From positions 3,271 through 67,270 of the forward strand of contig CAUJIM010000093.1 in assembly GCA_963205335.1 (NCBI GenBank): a stretch of DNA of 64,000 nt, given 5' to 3'. Under the pieces are notes generated by a model. That model was not told the origin of the DNA. It saw nothing but the letters and a program-made list of their open reading frames with translations, and searched no databases. The position numbers and the translations under genes were made by a program. Positions 21,186-31,104 of this stretch are shown one piece after another (the stretch's first letter is position 1; every line of letters begins with the position of its first letter). Source of the stretch: Pseudomonadota bacterium. GTDB lineage: Bacteria; Pseudomonadota; Gammaproteobacteria; Burkholderiales; Burkholderiaceae_C.

Positions 21186-22175
21186 TTATTGCAGCGCCTG
21201 CAGCCCCGTCACGAGCCAGCCGCTCTTGCCGTCCTTGGGCTTGGTCATGTTCCAGACCTCCCGGAACGGGCTGGGCCCGGCCGAGACCTCCTCGCGGATC
21301 ATGCCCGAGAACTCGACGCTCGCCAGGTACTCGCCCGCCAGCTCCTCGATGCCGAGCAGCTGTGCCTCGAGCATCAGCACGTCGGTCTGGTTGGGTTCGC
21401 CCGCGCCGCGCTGCTGCTCGCGGTCCTTGAGCTGCCCCCGCACTTCCTCCAGCATGCTGTCGGTCATCATCGAGCGCAGCGTCGCGACATCGCTGCGGTC
21501 CCACGCCGTCTGCAGCGTCATGAAATTGCGCTTGGCCGCCTGCAGGAAGCCCGCCGCGTCGAAGCCATCGGGCACGCCCCAGTTCTGCGACCCGGACAGC
21601 GCCGAACCGATCGCCACGCCGCCCGCAGGCGCCGCGTCGAACGCCGCCATGCCGCTGTGCTCCCAGGGCCTGGCCGACGCGTCGTTGCCGACCTTGGCCG
21701 GGTTGTATTCGCGCGGCATACGGCTGTCCGACGCCGCGGAAGCGGCGCCGGCGCCCTGGAAAGCGAGTGAAGACGTGGCCGTACGCGGCCGCATCAGCCA
21801 CCGCACCGCGGCGATACCCACGAGCACCAGCAGCGCGATCAGCAAGAACTGGCCGAACTCGGCCCCCAGGCCCAGCGCACTGGCAAGCCAGGCCAGGCCG
21901 AGACCGGCCGCCAGGCCGCCGAGCAGCCCCGCCCACGGCTTGCGCTGCGCGGCGGCGGCCGCACCGGGTGCGTTCGCCGCCTTGGAGGCATTGGCACTGT
22001 TGGCCGCGTTCTGCCCCTGGTTGGGGCTTGCGGCCGGCGCGCGCACCGCCTCGCGCTGCGTCACGTTGGACGACTGCCTGCCCATCGAGCGGCCGCCGCC
22101 GAGCCGCGCCGCCTCCGCGTCGGCATACACCAGCATCAGCAACGTCATCCCTACCACGGACCAGAATTTTTTCAT
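21186..22175 (-). CDS. Tim44-like domain membrane protein
   Basis: AEAARLGGGRSMGRQS, GLLGGLAAGLGLA, FLQAAK..F..LQ.AWD, FREVW, W.V.GLQ. Confidence 0.9.
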   Translation of the reverse strand: MKKFWSVVGMTLLMLVYADAEAARLGGGRSMGRQSSNVTQREAVRAPAASPNQGQNAANSANASKAANAPGAAAAAQRKPWAGLLGGLAAGLGLAWLASALGLGAEFGQFLLIALLVLVGIAAVRWLMRPRTATSSLAFQGAGAASAASDSRMPREYNPAKVGNDASARPWEHSGMAAFDAAPAGGVAIGSALSGSQNWGVPDGFDAAGFLQAAKRNFMTLQTAWDRSDVATLRSMMTDSMLEEVRGQLKDREQQRGAGEPNQTDVLMLEAQLLGIEELAGEYLASVEFSGMIREEVSAGPSPFREVWNMTKPKDGKSGWLVTGLQALQ

Positions 22176-22222
22176 GCCTCTTTTCTCACTGTTCAAGATT
22201 CGGAATTGCCCGACACACCCCA

Positions 22223-22954
22223 TCAGCACTTCACACCGACATGCAGGGCCACCACGCCACCCGTCATGTTGTGGTAATCCACATGCCCCAAACCATTGTG
22301 TTGCATCAGCGCCTTAAGTTCCTCTTGGTCCGGATGCATGCGTATCGATTCGGCCAGATATCGGTAACTTTCCGCATCACCGGCGACCCACTTTCCCAAA
22401 CGCGGCAGCACCTGAAAGGAATACACGTCGTACGCTTTTTTCAGCGGCGCGGCCACCTTGGAGAATTCGAGCACGAGCAGCCGCCCCCGATCCTTGAGCA
22501 CGCGCGCCATCTCGGCGATGGCCTTGTCCTTGTGCGTCATGTTGCGCAGGCCGAAGGCGACGCTCACCAGGTCGAAGTGCCCGTCGGGGAACGGCAGCCG
22601 CTCGGCGTCGCACACCAGCGTGGGCAGCACGACCCCCTTGTCGGTCAGCCGGTCGCGCCCGGCGCGCAGCATGGCCTCGTTGATGTCGGTGTGCACCACG
22701 CTGCCGGTCAGGCCGACCTTCCGGGAGAACGCCAGGGCCAGGTCGCCCGTGCCGCCCGCGATGTCGAGCACCTGGTCGCCCTCGCGCAGGTTGGCGACCA
22801 TGACGGTGTACGCCTTCCAGAGCCGGTGCAGGCCGCCGGACATCAGGTCGTTCATCAGGTCGTAGCGCGGCGCCACCGAGTCGAACACGCCGCGCACGCG
22901 CGACGCCTTTTCGCGCTCATCGACCGTCTGGAAACCGAAATGGGTGGTGCTCAT
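22223..22954 (-). CDS. ubiE: Ubiquinone/menaquinone C-methyltransferase
   Basis: [51 protein letters not shown]. Confidence 0.97.
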   Translation of the reverse strand: MSTTHFGFQTVDEREKASRVRGVFDSVAPRYDLMNDLMSGGLHRLWKAYTVMVANLREGDQVLDIAGGTGDLALAFSRKVGLTGSVVHTDINEAMLRAGRDRLTDKGVVLPTLVCDAERLPFPDGHFDLVSVAFGLRNMTHKDKAIAEMARVLKDRGRLLVLEFSKVAAPLKKAYDVYSFQVLPRLGKWVAGDAESYRYLAESIRMHPDQEELKALMQHNGLGHVDYHNMTGGVVALHVGVKC

Positions 22955-23044
22955 GGCGCGATGCTAGGCCACGCCGCACACCCCCGCTCCATCACCCTCC
23001 GAAATCCATCGGGTATCTGTCGCTATTTTGCCGAAACGCGCGCC

Positions 23045-23506
23045 TCACCCCCCGCAGCTGCAGCCGTCCTCACCGCAGCCCCCATCCCCATGGCTCTTTT
23101 TCTTGGTGACGGTGGTCGCCTTGCGCACCATCGGCGCATCCCGGTCGGCGCCGGCGGCTTCGAGGCGCCCGAGGTAACCCGCCCACAGGGATTCCTGGTC
23201 GGCCCCGAGGTGGTAGAGATAGCTCCAGGTGAAGATGCCGCTGTTGTGCCCGTCGGAAAACGTGGGGCGCACCGCGTAATTGCCCATGGGCTCGATCTCG
23301 GTCACGGTGACCTGGCGCTTGCCGGTCTGCAGCACCTCCTGGCCCGGCCCGTGGCCGCTGACCTCGGCCGAAGGGGAGTACACGCGCATCAATTCGAACG
23401 GAATGCGGAACCGCGCGCCGTCGGAGAACGCCACTTCGAGCACGCGCGACTGCTCGTGCACGGTGATGGCTTGCGGGATGGCGCTTGCTGGGGTCAGGCC
23501 TGGCAT
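23045..23506 (-). CDS. DUF971 (gamma-butyrobetaine hydroxylase-like N-terminal) protein
   Basis: ELMRVYSPSAEV.GHG, GNYAV...FSDGH.SGIFTW.YL. Confidence 0.9.
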   Translation of the reverse strand: MPGLTPASAIPQAITVHEQSRVLEVAFSDGARFRIPFELMRVYSPSAEVSGHGPGQEVLQTGKRQVTVTEIEPMGNYAVRPTFSDGHNSGIFTWSYLYHLGADQESLWAGYLGRLEAAGADRDAPMVRKATTVTKKKSHGDGGCGEDGCSCGG

Positions 23507-23645
23507 GGATGCTCGCCGTCGACAAGGTGAAGAAACGCGGGCCGCCGCCCGAACCGGCGGCCACCCGAACCGGCGGCCATTGTGCGTCAACCCTGCGGCG
23601 GCATGGCCGGTAGGGTTTTGTCCGATTGCAGCCGGCAGGCCGCGC

Positions 23646-24821
23646 TCACAGTACCTCGAAGACCCCGGCCGCGCCCATGCCGCCGCCGATGCACATGGTG
23701 ATGCACACTTTTTTTGCCCCGCGGCGCTTGCCCTCGATGAGCGCATGGCCCGTGAGGCGCTGGCCGGTCACGCCGTAGGGGTGGCCGACGGCGATCGCGC
23801 CGCCGTTGACGTTGAGCCGCTCGGCCGGGATGCCGAGCTTGTCGCGGCAGTAGATCACCTGCACCGCGAAGGCTTCGTTGAGCTCCCACAGGTCGATATC
23901 CTGGACCTTCAGGCCCAGCTTCTTGAGCACCTTGGGCACGGCGAACACCGGGCCTATGCCCATCTCGTCGGGCTCGCAGCCGGCCACCGCGAAGCCGAGG
24001 AAGCGCCCGAGCGGCTTCAGGCCCTTGCGGCTGGCGTAGTCTTCGCTCACCACCACGCAGGCGCCCGCTCCGTCGCTGAACTGGCTGGCGTTGCCCGCCG
24101 AGACGAGGCCGCCGGGCAGCGCCGGCTTGATGCCGCTGATGCCCTCTTTCGTCGTGCCCTCGCGCAGGCCTTCGTCCTTGCTCACCGTGACCTGCCTGGT
24201 GATGAGCCCCAGCGTCTTGTCGGCGATGCCGGCGGTCACGGTGATGGGGGCGATCTCGGCCTCGAACAGGCCCGCCGCCTGCGCCGCGCAGGCCTTTTGC
24301 TGGCTCGCCGCGCCGTATTCGTCCATCGCGTCGCGGCCGATGCGGTAGCGCTGGGCCACCTGTTCGGCGGTCTGCAGCATGCTCCAGTAGATCTCGGGCT
24401 TCTTCTTCTGCAGCGCCGGATCGAACGCCATGTGCATGTTCATCTCCTGCTGCACGCAGGAGATGCTTTCGACGCCGCCGGCCACGTACACCTCGCCCTC
24501 GCCCGCGATGACGCGCTGGCTGGCCAGCGCGATGGTCTGCAGGCCCGAGGAGCAGAAGCGGTTCACCGTCATGCCCGAGGCGCTCACCGGCAGGTCGGCC
24601 ATGAGCGCGATCTGGCGCGCGATGTTCATGCCGGTGGCGCCCTCGGGGTTGGCGCAGCCCATGATGACGTCCTCGACCTCGGCGGCCGCGATGCCCGCGC
24701 GCTCGACGGCGGCGCGCACCGCGTGGCCGCCGAGCGTGGCGCCGTGGGTCATGTTGAACGAGCCCTTCCAGCTCTTGGCGAGCGGCGTGCGGGCGGTGGA
24801 TACGATGAGAGCGGAAGTCAT
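23646..24821 (-). CDS. Acetyl-CoA C-acyltransferase (thiolase)
   Basis: [29 protein letters not shown]. Confidence 0.95.
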   Translation of the reverse strand: MTSALIVSTARTPLAKSWKGSFNMTHGATLGGHAVRAAVERAGIAAAEVEDVIMGCANPEGATGMNIARQIALMADLPVSASGMTVNRFCSSGLQTIALASQRVIAGEGEVYVAGGVESISCVQQEMNMHMAFDPALQKKKPEIYWSMLQTAEQVAQRYRIGRDAMDEYGAASQQKACAAQAAGLFEAEIAPITVTAGIADKTLGLITRQVTVSKDEGLREGTTKEGISGIKPALPGGLVSAGNASQFSDGAGACVVVSEDYASRKGLKPLGRFLGFAVAGCEPDEMGIGPVFAVPKVLKKLGLKVQDIDLWELNEAFAVQVIYCRDKLGIPAERLNVNGGAIAVGHPYGVTGQRLTGHALIEGKRRGAKKVCITMCIGGGMGAAGVFEVL

Positions 24822-24826
24822 TGTTT

Positions 24827-24891
24827 TCTCCTGATTCGATAGCTTCTGGCGCTTGCCAGTCAATGGTTTGAGTGCGATATGAATGACAAAA
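24827..24891. repeat. Dispersed element copy E5 (contains the thiolase Shine-Dalgarno)
   Basis: TCT-N11-AGC at 24827-24843, ttctg, GCGCTTG-ccagt-CAA. Confidence 0.75.
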
Positions 24892-24987
24892 TGACGTCGC
24901 CGCCGCGCGGCTTCAATGGCGAAGCGGCGGGAGCCCGCCACGGCGCCAGGCGCCGCCATCGAAACGCAGCGGGGTCACGGCGCCACC

Positions 24988-27087
24988 TCAATTGAAGGTC
25001 TTGCCCTCGGCGACCAGCCGGGCGAGCAGCGGCGCGGGTTGCCAGAAGGCGGCGTCGTCCAGCGGGTTGCGCGCGAAGCGCTGCATGGCCTGCACCACGT
25101 TGAACAGGCCGAATTCGTCGGCGTACTGCAGCGGCCCGCCGCGGAACACCGGGAAGCCGTAGCCGAAGATGTAGACCACGTCGATGTCGCTGGCCTTGTT
25201 GGCGATGCCCTCCTCCAGGATGTGCGCGGCCTCGTTGACCAGCGAGAACACCAGGCGCTGGACGATTTCCTCGTCCGAAATCTTGCGCGGCGCGATGCCC
25301 AGCGCCTTGCGGTGCTCCTCGATCATGGCCACCACCTCGGCGTTGGGAATGGCGTCGCGCTTGCCGGGCAGGTAGTCGTACCAGCCCTTGCCCACCTTCT
25401 GGCCGAAGCGCCCGCGCTCGCACAGCAGGTCCGCGGTCTTGCTGTATTTCATGCCGGGCTTCTCGACGTAGCGGCGCTTGCGGATGGCCCAGCCGATGTC
25501 GTTGCCCGCCAGGTCGCCCATGCGGAACGGGCCCATGGCGACGCCGAACTTCTCGACCGCCTTGTCCACCTGCTGCGGCGTGCAGCCTTCGTCGAGCAGG
25601 AAGCCGCCCTGGCGGCCGTACTGCTCGATCATGCGGTTGCCGATGAAGCCGTCGCACACGCCGGCGACCACCGCCGTCTTGCGGATCTTCCTGGCCACGG
25701 CCATGACGGTGGCGAGCACGTCCTTGGCGGTCTTCTCGCCGCGCACCACCTCCAGCAGCTTCATCACGTTGGCCGGGCTGAAGAAGTGCATGCCGACCAC
25801 GTCCTGCGGACGTCCGGTGAAGGCGGCGATCTTGTTCACGTCCAGCGTCGAGGTGTTGGAGGCCAGGATGGCGCCGGGCTTGGCCACCGCGTCGAGCTGC
25901 TTGAACACCGCCTCCTTCACGCCGATCTCTTCGAACACCGCCTCGATGATCAGGTCGGCGTCCTTCAGGTCGCCGTAGCTCAGCGTGGTCGAGAGCAGGG
26001 CCATGCGCTGCTCGTATTTGTCGGCCTTGAGCTTTTTCTTGGCCACCTGCGCCTCGTAGTTCTTGCGCATCACGCCCACGCCGCGCTCGAGCGCCTCGGG
26101 CTTCATCTCCAGCATGGTCACCGGGATGCCGGCGTTGAGGAAGTTCATCGCGATGCCGCCGCCCATGGTGCCCGCGCCGATCACGGCCACCTTCCTGATC
26201 TCGCGCAGCGGCGTGTCGGACGGCACGTCGGGAATCTTGCTGGCCGCGCGCTCGGCGGTGAACAGGTGGCGCAGCGCGCGCGACTCGCTGGTCCACATCA
26301 GGTTGATGAAGTGCTGGCGCTCGTAGGCCATGCCGTCGGCGAACTTCTTCCGGGTCGCCGCTTCCACCGCGTCGACGCAGATCGCCGGCGCGGGGAAGTT
26401 CTTCGCCATGCCCTTGACCATGTTGCGCGCGAACTGGAAGTAGGCGTCGCCCTGCGGGTGCCTGGCCGGCAGGTCGCGCACCAGCGGCAGCGGCCGCGCA
26501 TCGGCCACGCTGCGGGCGAAGGCCAGCGCCTCGTCCATCAGCGATGCGGGCGACGCGGCCATCCTGTCGAACAGCTTCTGCCCCGGCAGGGCCGCCAGCA
26601 TCTCGCTGTTGACCGGCTCGCCGCTGACGATCATGTTGAGCGCCGCCTCCACGCCGAGCACGCGCGGCAGGCGCTGCGTGCCGCCCGCGCCGGGGATCAG
26701 CCCCAGCTTGACCTCGGGCAGCGCGATCTTGGCGCCCGGCGCCGCGATGCGGTAGTGGCAGCCGAGCGACAGCTCCAGCCCGCCGCCCATGGCCACGCTG
26801 TGCACGGCGGCGACGACCGGCTTGGTGGACTGCTCCAGCGCGCTGATGACCGACAGCAGGTTCGGATCCTGCAGCGCCTTGGGCGTGCCGAACTCCTTGA
26901 TGTCCGCGCCGCCGGAAAAAGCCTTGCCCGCGCCGGTCAGCACGATGGCCTTGACGGCCGCATCCGCCTGCGCCTGCTCCAGCCCGGCGACGATGCCTTG
27001 GCGCGCGGCCAGGCCCAGGCCGTTGACCGGGGGGTTGTCGAGCGTGATCACGGCCACATCGCCGTGCACGGAATAGCTTGCCGTCAT
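24988..27087 (-). CDS. Bifunctional enoyl-CoA hydratase / 3-hydroxyacyl-CoA dehydrogenase
   Basis: [53 protein letters not shown]. Confidence 0.95.
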   Translation of the reverse strand: MTASYSVHGDVAVITLDNPPVNGLGLAARQGIVAGLEQAQADAAVKAIVLTGAGKAFSGGADIKEFGTPKALQDPNLLSVISALEQSTKPVVAAVHSVAMGGGLELSLGCHYRIAAPGAKIALPEVKLGLIPGAGGTQRLPRVLGVEAALNMIVSGEPVNSEMLAALPGQKLFDRMAASPASLMDEALAFARSVADARPLPLVRDLPARHPQGDAYFQFARNMVKGMAKNFPAPAICVDAVEAATRKKFADGMAYERQHFINLMWTSESRALRHLFTAERAASKIPDVPSDTPLREIRKVAVIGAGTMGGGIAMNFLNAGIPVTMLEMKPEALERGVGVMRKNYEAQVAKKKLKADKYEQRMALLSTTLSYGDLKDADLIIEAVFEEIGVKEAVFKQLDAVAKPGAILASNTSTLDVNKIAAFTGRPQDVVGMHFFSPANVMKLLEVVRGEKTAKDVLATVMAVARKIRKTAVVAGVCDGFIGNRMIEQYGRQGGFLLDEGCTPQQVDKAVEKFGVAMGPFRMGDLAGNDIGWAIRKRRYVEKPGMKYSKTADLLCERGRFGQKVGKGWYDYLPGKRDAIPNAEVVAMIEEHRKALGIAPRKISDEEIVQRLVFSLVNEAAHILEEGIANKASDIDVVYIFGYGFPVFRGGPLQYADEFGLFNVVQAMQRFARNPLDDAAFWQPAPLLARLVAEGKTFN

Positions 27088-27110
27088 GCTGTCTTCCTTG
27101 GTGAAGTGTA

Positions 27111-27132
27111 AAAAAGTACGATCGTGCTTTTT
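27111..27132. promoter_or_regulatory. Palindromic operator, FadP-like (TetR-family fatty-acid degradation regulator)
   Basis: AAAAAGTACGATCGTGCTTTTT (1 mismatch from a perfect palindrome) 23 nt upstream of the beta-oxidation gene. Confidence 0.65.
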
Positions 27133-27192
27133 ATGGAGTCTAAGCGCCTGCCGCGCTGCAGTTTGTCCCGCGAGAGACAAGAAAGCAAATTG

Positions 27193-27254
27193 TTAATCAA
27201 ATTGATAGCTGCCAGCGCTTGCCAGTCAAGCGCTAGGGCCGTATTTGGCTCAAA
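27193..27254. repeat. Dispersed element copy E6 (most regular copy; contains the livF stop)
   Basis: atcaaattgatAGCtgccaGCGCTTG-ccagt-CAAGCGCtagggccgtatttggctcaaa. Confidence 0.9.
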
Positions 27255-27945
27255 CTTCCAGCCACTCCTTGCGCACCTGCGCATTGGCGCGCAAGGCATC
27301 GGGCGTGCCTTCGAAGACGATGTTGCCGTGGCCCATGACGAGCACGCGGTCGGAGATGTCCATAGCGATGGTGAGCTTCTGCTCGATCAGCAGCACCGCG
27401 ATGCCGCGCTCCTTCAGGCGCAGCAGGTACTGCCCCACCTGCTCGACGATCTTGGGCGCCAGGCCCTCGGTCGGCTCGTCGATGATGATCAGATCGGGGT
27501 CGCCCATCAGGGTGCGGCACAGCGTGAGCATCTGCTGCTCGCCGCCCGAGAGCAGCCCGGCCTCGACGCTGCAGCGCTCCTTCAGGCGCGGGAACATGGC
27601 GTACATGTCGTCGAAGCTCCAGCGGCTGCCGCGCCCGCTGCCCTTCTGGCCCAGCAGCAGGTTCTGCTGCACCGTCAGGCGCGGGAACACGTCGCGGCTC
27701 TCGGGCACGTAGCCCAGCCCCAGGTGCGCGATCTCGAAGGGCTTGCGGCCCAGCAGCGGCTGGTCCTTGAAGCGCACCACCCCTTCGGCATGCACCATGC
27801 CCATGATGGCCTTGGCGCAGGTCGAGCGCCCCGAGCCGTTGCGCCCGAGCAGCGCAACGATCTCGCCCGGGCGCACCGCGAAGTTCACCCCGTGCAGCAC
27901 GTGGCTCTTGCCGTACCAGGCGTGCAGGTCTCCGACGTCGAGCAT
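27250..27945 (-). CDS. ABC ATP-binding protein (LivF-like), operon 2
   Basis: GRNGSGRST, LSGGEQQML, DEPTEGLAP; start MLDVGDLH. Confidence 0.93.
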   Translation of the reverse strand: MLDVGDLHAWYGKSHVLHGVNFAVRPGEIVALLGRNGSGRSTCAKAIMGMVHAEGVVRFKDQPLLGRKPFEIAHLGLGYVPESRDVFPRLTVQQNLLLGQKGSGRGSRWSFDDMYAMFPRLKERCSVEAGLLSGGEQQMLTLCRTLMGDPDLIIIDEPTEGLAPKIVEQVGQYLLRLKERGIAVLLIEQKLTIAMDISDRVLVMGHGNIVFEGTPDALRANAQVRKEWLEV

Positions 27946-28715
27946 CAATGGGCTCCTCCCTGCGCCTCGGCCACGGGCGAGCCGAGGTAGGCTTCCTGCA
28001 CGCGGGCGTTGGCGCGTATCGCCTCGGGCGTGTCGAACGCGATCACCTCGCCGTACACCACCACGGCGATCTTGTCGGCCAGGCCGAACACCACGCCCAT
28101 GTCGTGCTCCACCGTGAGCAGCGTCTTGCCCTCGGTCACCTGGCGGATCAGCTCGATGAAGCGCGCGGTCTCGGTCGTGCTCATGCCCGCCGTGGGCTCG
28201 TCGAGCAGGATCACGCTGGCGCCGCCGGCGATCGTGATGCCGATCTCCAGCGCCCGCTGCTCGGCGTAGGTCAGGTTGACCGCCTGCACGTCGCGCTTGG
28301 CCGCCAGCCCCACCTGCGCGAGCAGTTCCTCGGCGCGCGCGTTGGCGTCGTGCAGGCCCGAGAGGAAGCGCAGGAAGGTGTAGCGGTAGCCCAGGCTCCA
28401 GAGCACCGCGCAGCGCAGGTTCTCGAACACGCTGAGCCTGGGGAAGATGTTGGTGATCTGGAAGCTGCGCGACAGCCCCATGCGGTTGATCTCGAACGGC
28501 TTCTTGCCGTCGATGCGCGCGCCGTTCAGGTGCACCTCGCCGCTCGTGGGCTCGAGCCGGCCGCTGATCAGGTTGAACAGCGTCGACTTGCCCGCGCCGT
28601 TGGGCCCGATGATGGCCACGCGCTCGCCCGCCTGCACGGCCAGGTTGGCGCCGCGGATGATCTCCGTCCGGCCGAAGTTCTTGCGCAGGTCCTTGAGCTC
28701 GAGTGCAACGCTCAT
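27945..28715 (-). CDS. ABC ATP-binding protein (LivG-like), operon 2
   Basis: GPNGAGKST, DEPTAG, VEHDM, VQEAYLG. Confidence 0.93.
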   Translation of the reverse strand: MSVALELKDLRKNFGRTEIIRGANLAVQAGERVAIIGPNGAGKSTLFNLISGRLEPTSGEVHLNGARIDGKKPFEINRMGLSRSFQITNIFPRLSVFENLRCAVLWSLGYRYTFLRFLSGLHDANARAEELLAQVGLAAKRDVQAVNLTYAEQRALEIGITIAGGASVILLDEPTAGMSTTETARFIELIRQVTEGKTLLTVEHDMGVVFGLADKIAVVVYGEVIAFDTPEAIRANARVQEAYLGSPVAEAQGGAH

Positions 28716-28776
28716 TGGACAACCTCCGTGCTTCGCACTGCGGTGCGGGCCCCCTTCGGAGCGGCCGGGCGGGGAC

Positions 28777-30069
28777 TCATGCCGCCTGCTCCCTGCGCCG
28801 CATCCCGGCCTCGATTTCCTCCTGCGCCTTGCCCCAGGCCAGCGCGAAGCGCCGTCCCACCCGGTGCACGGCGAACAGGCCGGCGATGGCCACCGCGCCC
28901 GCGCCGAGCCAGGGCGCGAGGCGCGAGGCGTCGAACTGCATTCCGAGGTACTTCACCCCGGAGCCCAGCGCCGCGTTGAGCTGCATGTGGTAGATCATCT
29001 CGATGAGCAGCGAGGCGCCCAGCAGCAGCAGCACGCAGGCGCCGACGAGCGCCCCGTAGAGCCCGGCGAAGCGCCGCAGCTTGCCCGCGCGCGCCATCTG
29101 CACGTTCATCATGATGAGGCTGGCCACGCCGCCCGGCGCGTACATGATCATCAGCACGAAGACCAGGCCCAGGTACAGCAGCCAGGCGGCCGTCAGCTCC
29201 GACAGCAGCACCGAGGCCAGCACCATCAGCACCGCGCCGATCATCGGCCCGAAGAAGAAGCCCACGCCGCCCAGGAAGGTGAACAGCAGGTAGGCGCCCG
29301 AGCGCATGCCGCTCAACGAGTCGGCGGCGTTGAAGATCTCGAAGTTGATCGTGCCCAGCGCGCCGCCCACGCCCGCGAAGAAGCCCGCGATGATGAAGCT
29401 GTACCAGCGCACGAGCTGGGTGTCGTAGCCGACGAACTGCGCGCGCTCGGGGTTGTCGCGCACCGCGTTGAGCATGCGCCCCAGCGGCGTCGCGGTGAAC
29501 GCGTACATCAGCGCGGTGCAGACGAAGCACCAGGCCGCTATCAGGTAGTAGAGCTGGATCTGCGGGCCGAAGGTGAGGCCGGCGAACGGCTTGCCGTAGG
29601 TGCGGTTGATCGAAATGCCGCCGTCGCCGCCGAACAGGTCGGGCAGCATGATGGCGAAGGCCACCACCAGCTCGCCGATGCCGAGCGAGATCATGGCGAA
29701 CGTGGTGCCCGCCTTCTTGGTCGATACGTAGCCCAGCGGAACGGCCACCAGGGCCCCCGCGAGCCCGCCGACCAGCGGCATCAGCGCCAGCGGGAACGCG
29801 GCGCCGCCGTCCTGCGCATGGCTGATCGCCACCACGGCCGCGTAGCCGCCCATGCCGGTGAACACCGCGTGGCCGAAGCTGAGCATGCCGCCCTGGCCCA
29901 GCAGCATGTTGTAGGACAGGCAGATGATGATGAGGTAGCCCATCTGCGAGAGCATGTTCAGCGCCAGGCTGCTGCGGAACAGCAGCGGCGCCACGATCAG
30001 CGCCACGGCGAAACCGCCCCAGGTGAGCCAGCGGCGGCGCGAAGGAGTCGATGCGGTGGAGGCGTTCAT
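28777..30069 (-). CDS. LIV-type permease (LivM-like), operon 2
   Basis: LLGQGGMLSFGH, TPLGRMLNAVRDNPER, APGG. Confidence 0.92.
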   Translation of the reverse strand: MNASTASTPSRRRWLTWGGFAVALIVAPLLFRSSLALNMLSQMGYLIIICLSYNMLLGQGGMLSFGHAVFTGMGGYAAVVAISHAQDGGAAFPLALMPLVGGLAGALVAVPLGYVSTKKAGTTFAMISLGIGELVVAFAIMLPDLFGGDGGISINRTYGKPFAGLTFGPQIQLYYLIAAWCFVCTALMYAFTATPLGRMLNAVRDNPERAQFVGYDTQLVRWYSFIIAGFFAGVGGALGTINFEIFNAADSLSGMRSGAYLLFTFLGGVGFFFGPMIGAVLMVLASVLLSELTAAWLLYLGLVFVLMIMYAPGGVASLIMMNVQMARAGKLRRFAGLYGALVGACVLLLLGASLLIEMIYHMQLNAALGSGVKYLGMQFDASRLAPWLGAGAVAIAGLFAVHRVGRRFALAWGKAQEEIEAGMRRREQAA

Positions 30070-30070
30070 C

Positions 30071-31018
30071 TCAGTCTTCCCGCGTTCCCATCAGGCCGCG
30101 CGGGCGGAAAATCAGGATCAGCACCATGAACAGGTAGGGCAGCATGGGCGCGATCTGCGAGACCGTCAGGCGCAGCGCCTGCTCCATGGGATGGCCGGCG
30201 GCCACCTGCACGCCCGCCAGGCGCAGCAGGTCGGCCAGCGAGGCGTCGATCGCCACCGCGAAGGTCTGCACCACGCCGATCAGCAGCGACGCGAGGAAGG
30301 CCCCCGCCAGCGACCCCATGCCGCCCACGACCACCACCACGAAGATGATGGTGCCCACCGCATACGCCATCGCGGGCTCGGTGACGTAGGTGTTGCCCGC
30401 CACCACGCCCGCCAGGCCCGCCAGCGCCGCGCCGCCGCCGAACACCAGCATGAAGACGCGCGGCACGTTGTGGCCCAGCGCCTGCACCGTGTCCGGGTGC
30501 GTGAGCGCCGCCTGGATCACCAGGCCGATGCGCGTGCGCGTCAGCACCAGCCAGATCGCGCCCAGCATCAGCACCGCCACCAGCATGACGAAGGCGCGCG
30601 ACCGCGGGAACTGCGTGCCGTAGAGCGTGAACAGCGGCCCCTGCAGCTGCTCGGGCAGCCCGTAGGGCACGACGTTGCGGCCCCAGACCAGCTGCACCAC
30701 CTCGAGCACCAGGTACGACAGGCCGAACGTGATCAGGAGTTCCGGCACGTGGCCGTACTTGTGCACCCGGCGCAGGCAAAGCTGCTCGAACGCCGCGCCG
30801 ATCAGGCCTACCAGGACCGGCGCGATGAACAGCGCCGGCCAGTAGCCGATCTGCCCCGAGAGCGTAAACGCGAAATAGGCGCCCAGCATGTAGAAGCTGG
30901 CATGGGCGAAATTGAGCACGCCCATCATGCTGAAGATGAGCGTGAGGCCCGAGCTGAGCATGAACAGCAGCAGCCCGAAGCTCAGGCCATTGAGCAGCGA
31001 GATCGCGAAGAATTCCAT
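30071..31018 (-). CDS. LIV-type permease (LivH-like), operon 2
   Basis: SGLTLIFSMMGVLNFAH, VGGMGSL, RPRGLMG. Confidence 0.92.
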   Translation of the reverse strand: MEFFAISLLNGLSFGLLLFMLSSGLTLIFSMMGVLNFAHASFYMLGAYFAFTLSGQIGYWPALFIAPVLVGLIGAAFEQLCLRRVHKYGHVPELLITFGLSYLVLEVVQLVWGRNVVPYGLPEQLQGPLFTLYGTQFPRSRAFVMLVAVLMLGAIWLVLTRTRIGLVIQAALTHPDTVQALGHNVPRVFMLVFGGGAALAGLAGVVAGNTYVTEPAMAYAVGTIIFVVVVVGGMGSLAGAFLASLLIGVVQTFAVAIDASLADLLRLAGVQVAAGHPMEQALRLTVSQIAPMLPYLFMVLILIFRPRGLMGTRED

Positions 31019-31050
31019 CCGCCCTTCCCCCAGCGCGCGACGACGAAGCG

Positions 31051-31091
31051 AAAAGCAACGCCGGCTGGCGACCCGCGTCGTCCGCCGGCGT
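31051..31091 (-). terminator. Hairpin with U tract 3' of solute-binding protein gene 2
   Basis: Minus strand GACGCCGGC...GCCGGCGTT-GCTTTT. Confidence 0.5.
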
Positions 31092-31104
31092 CCCTGTCAG
31101 GTGC

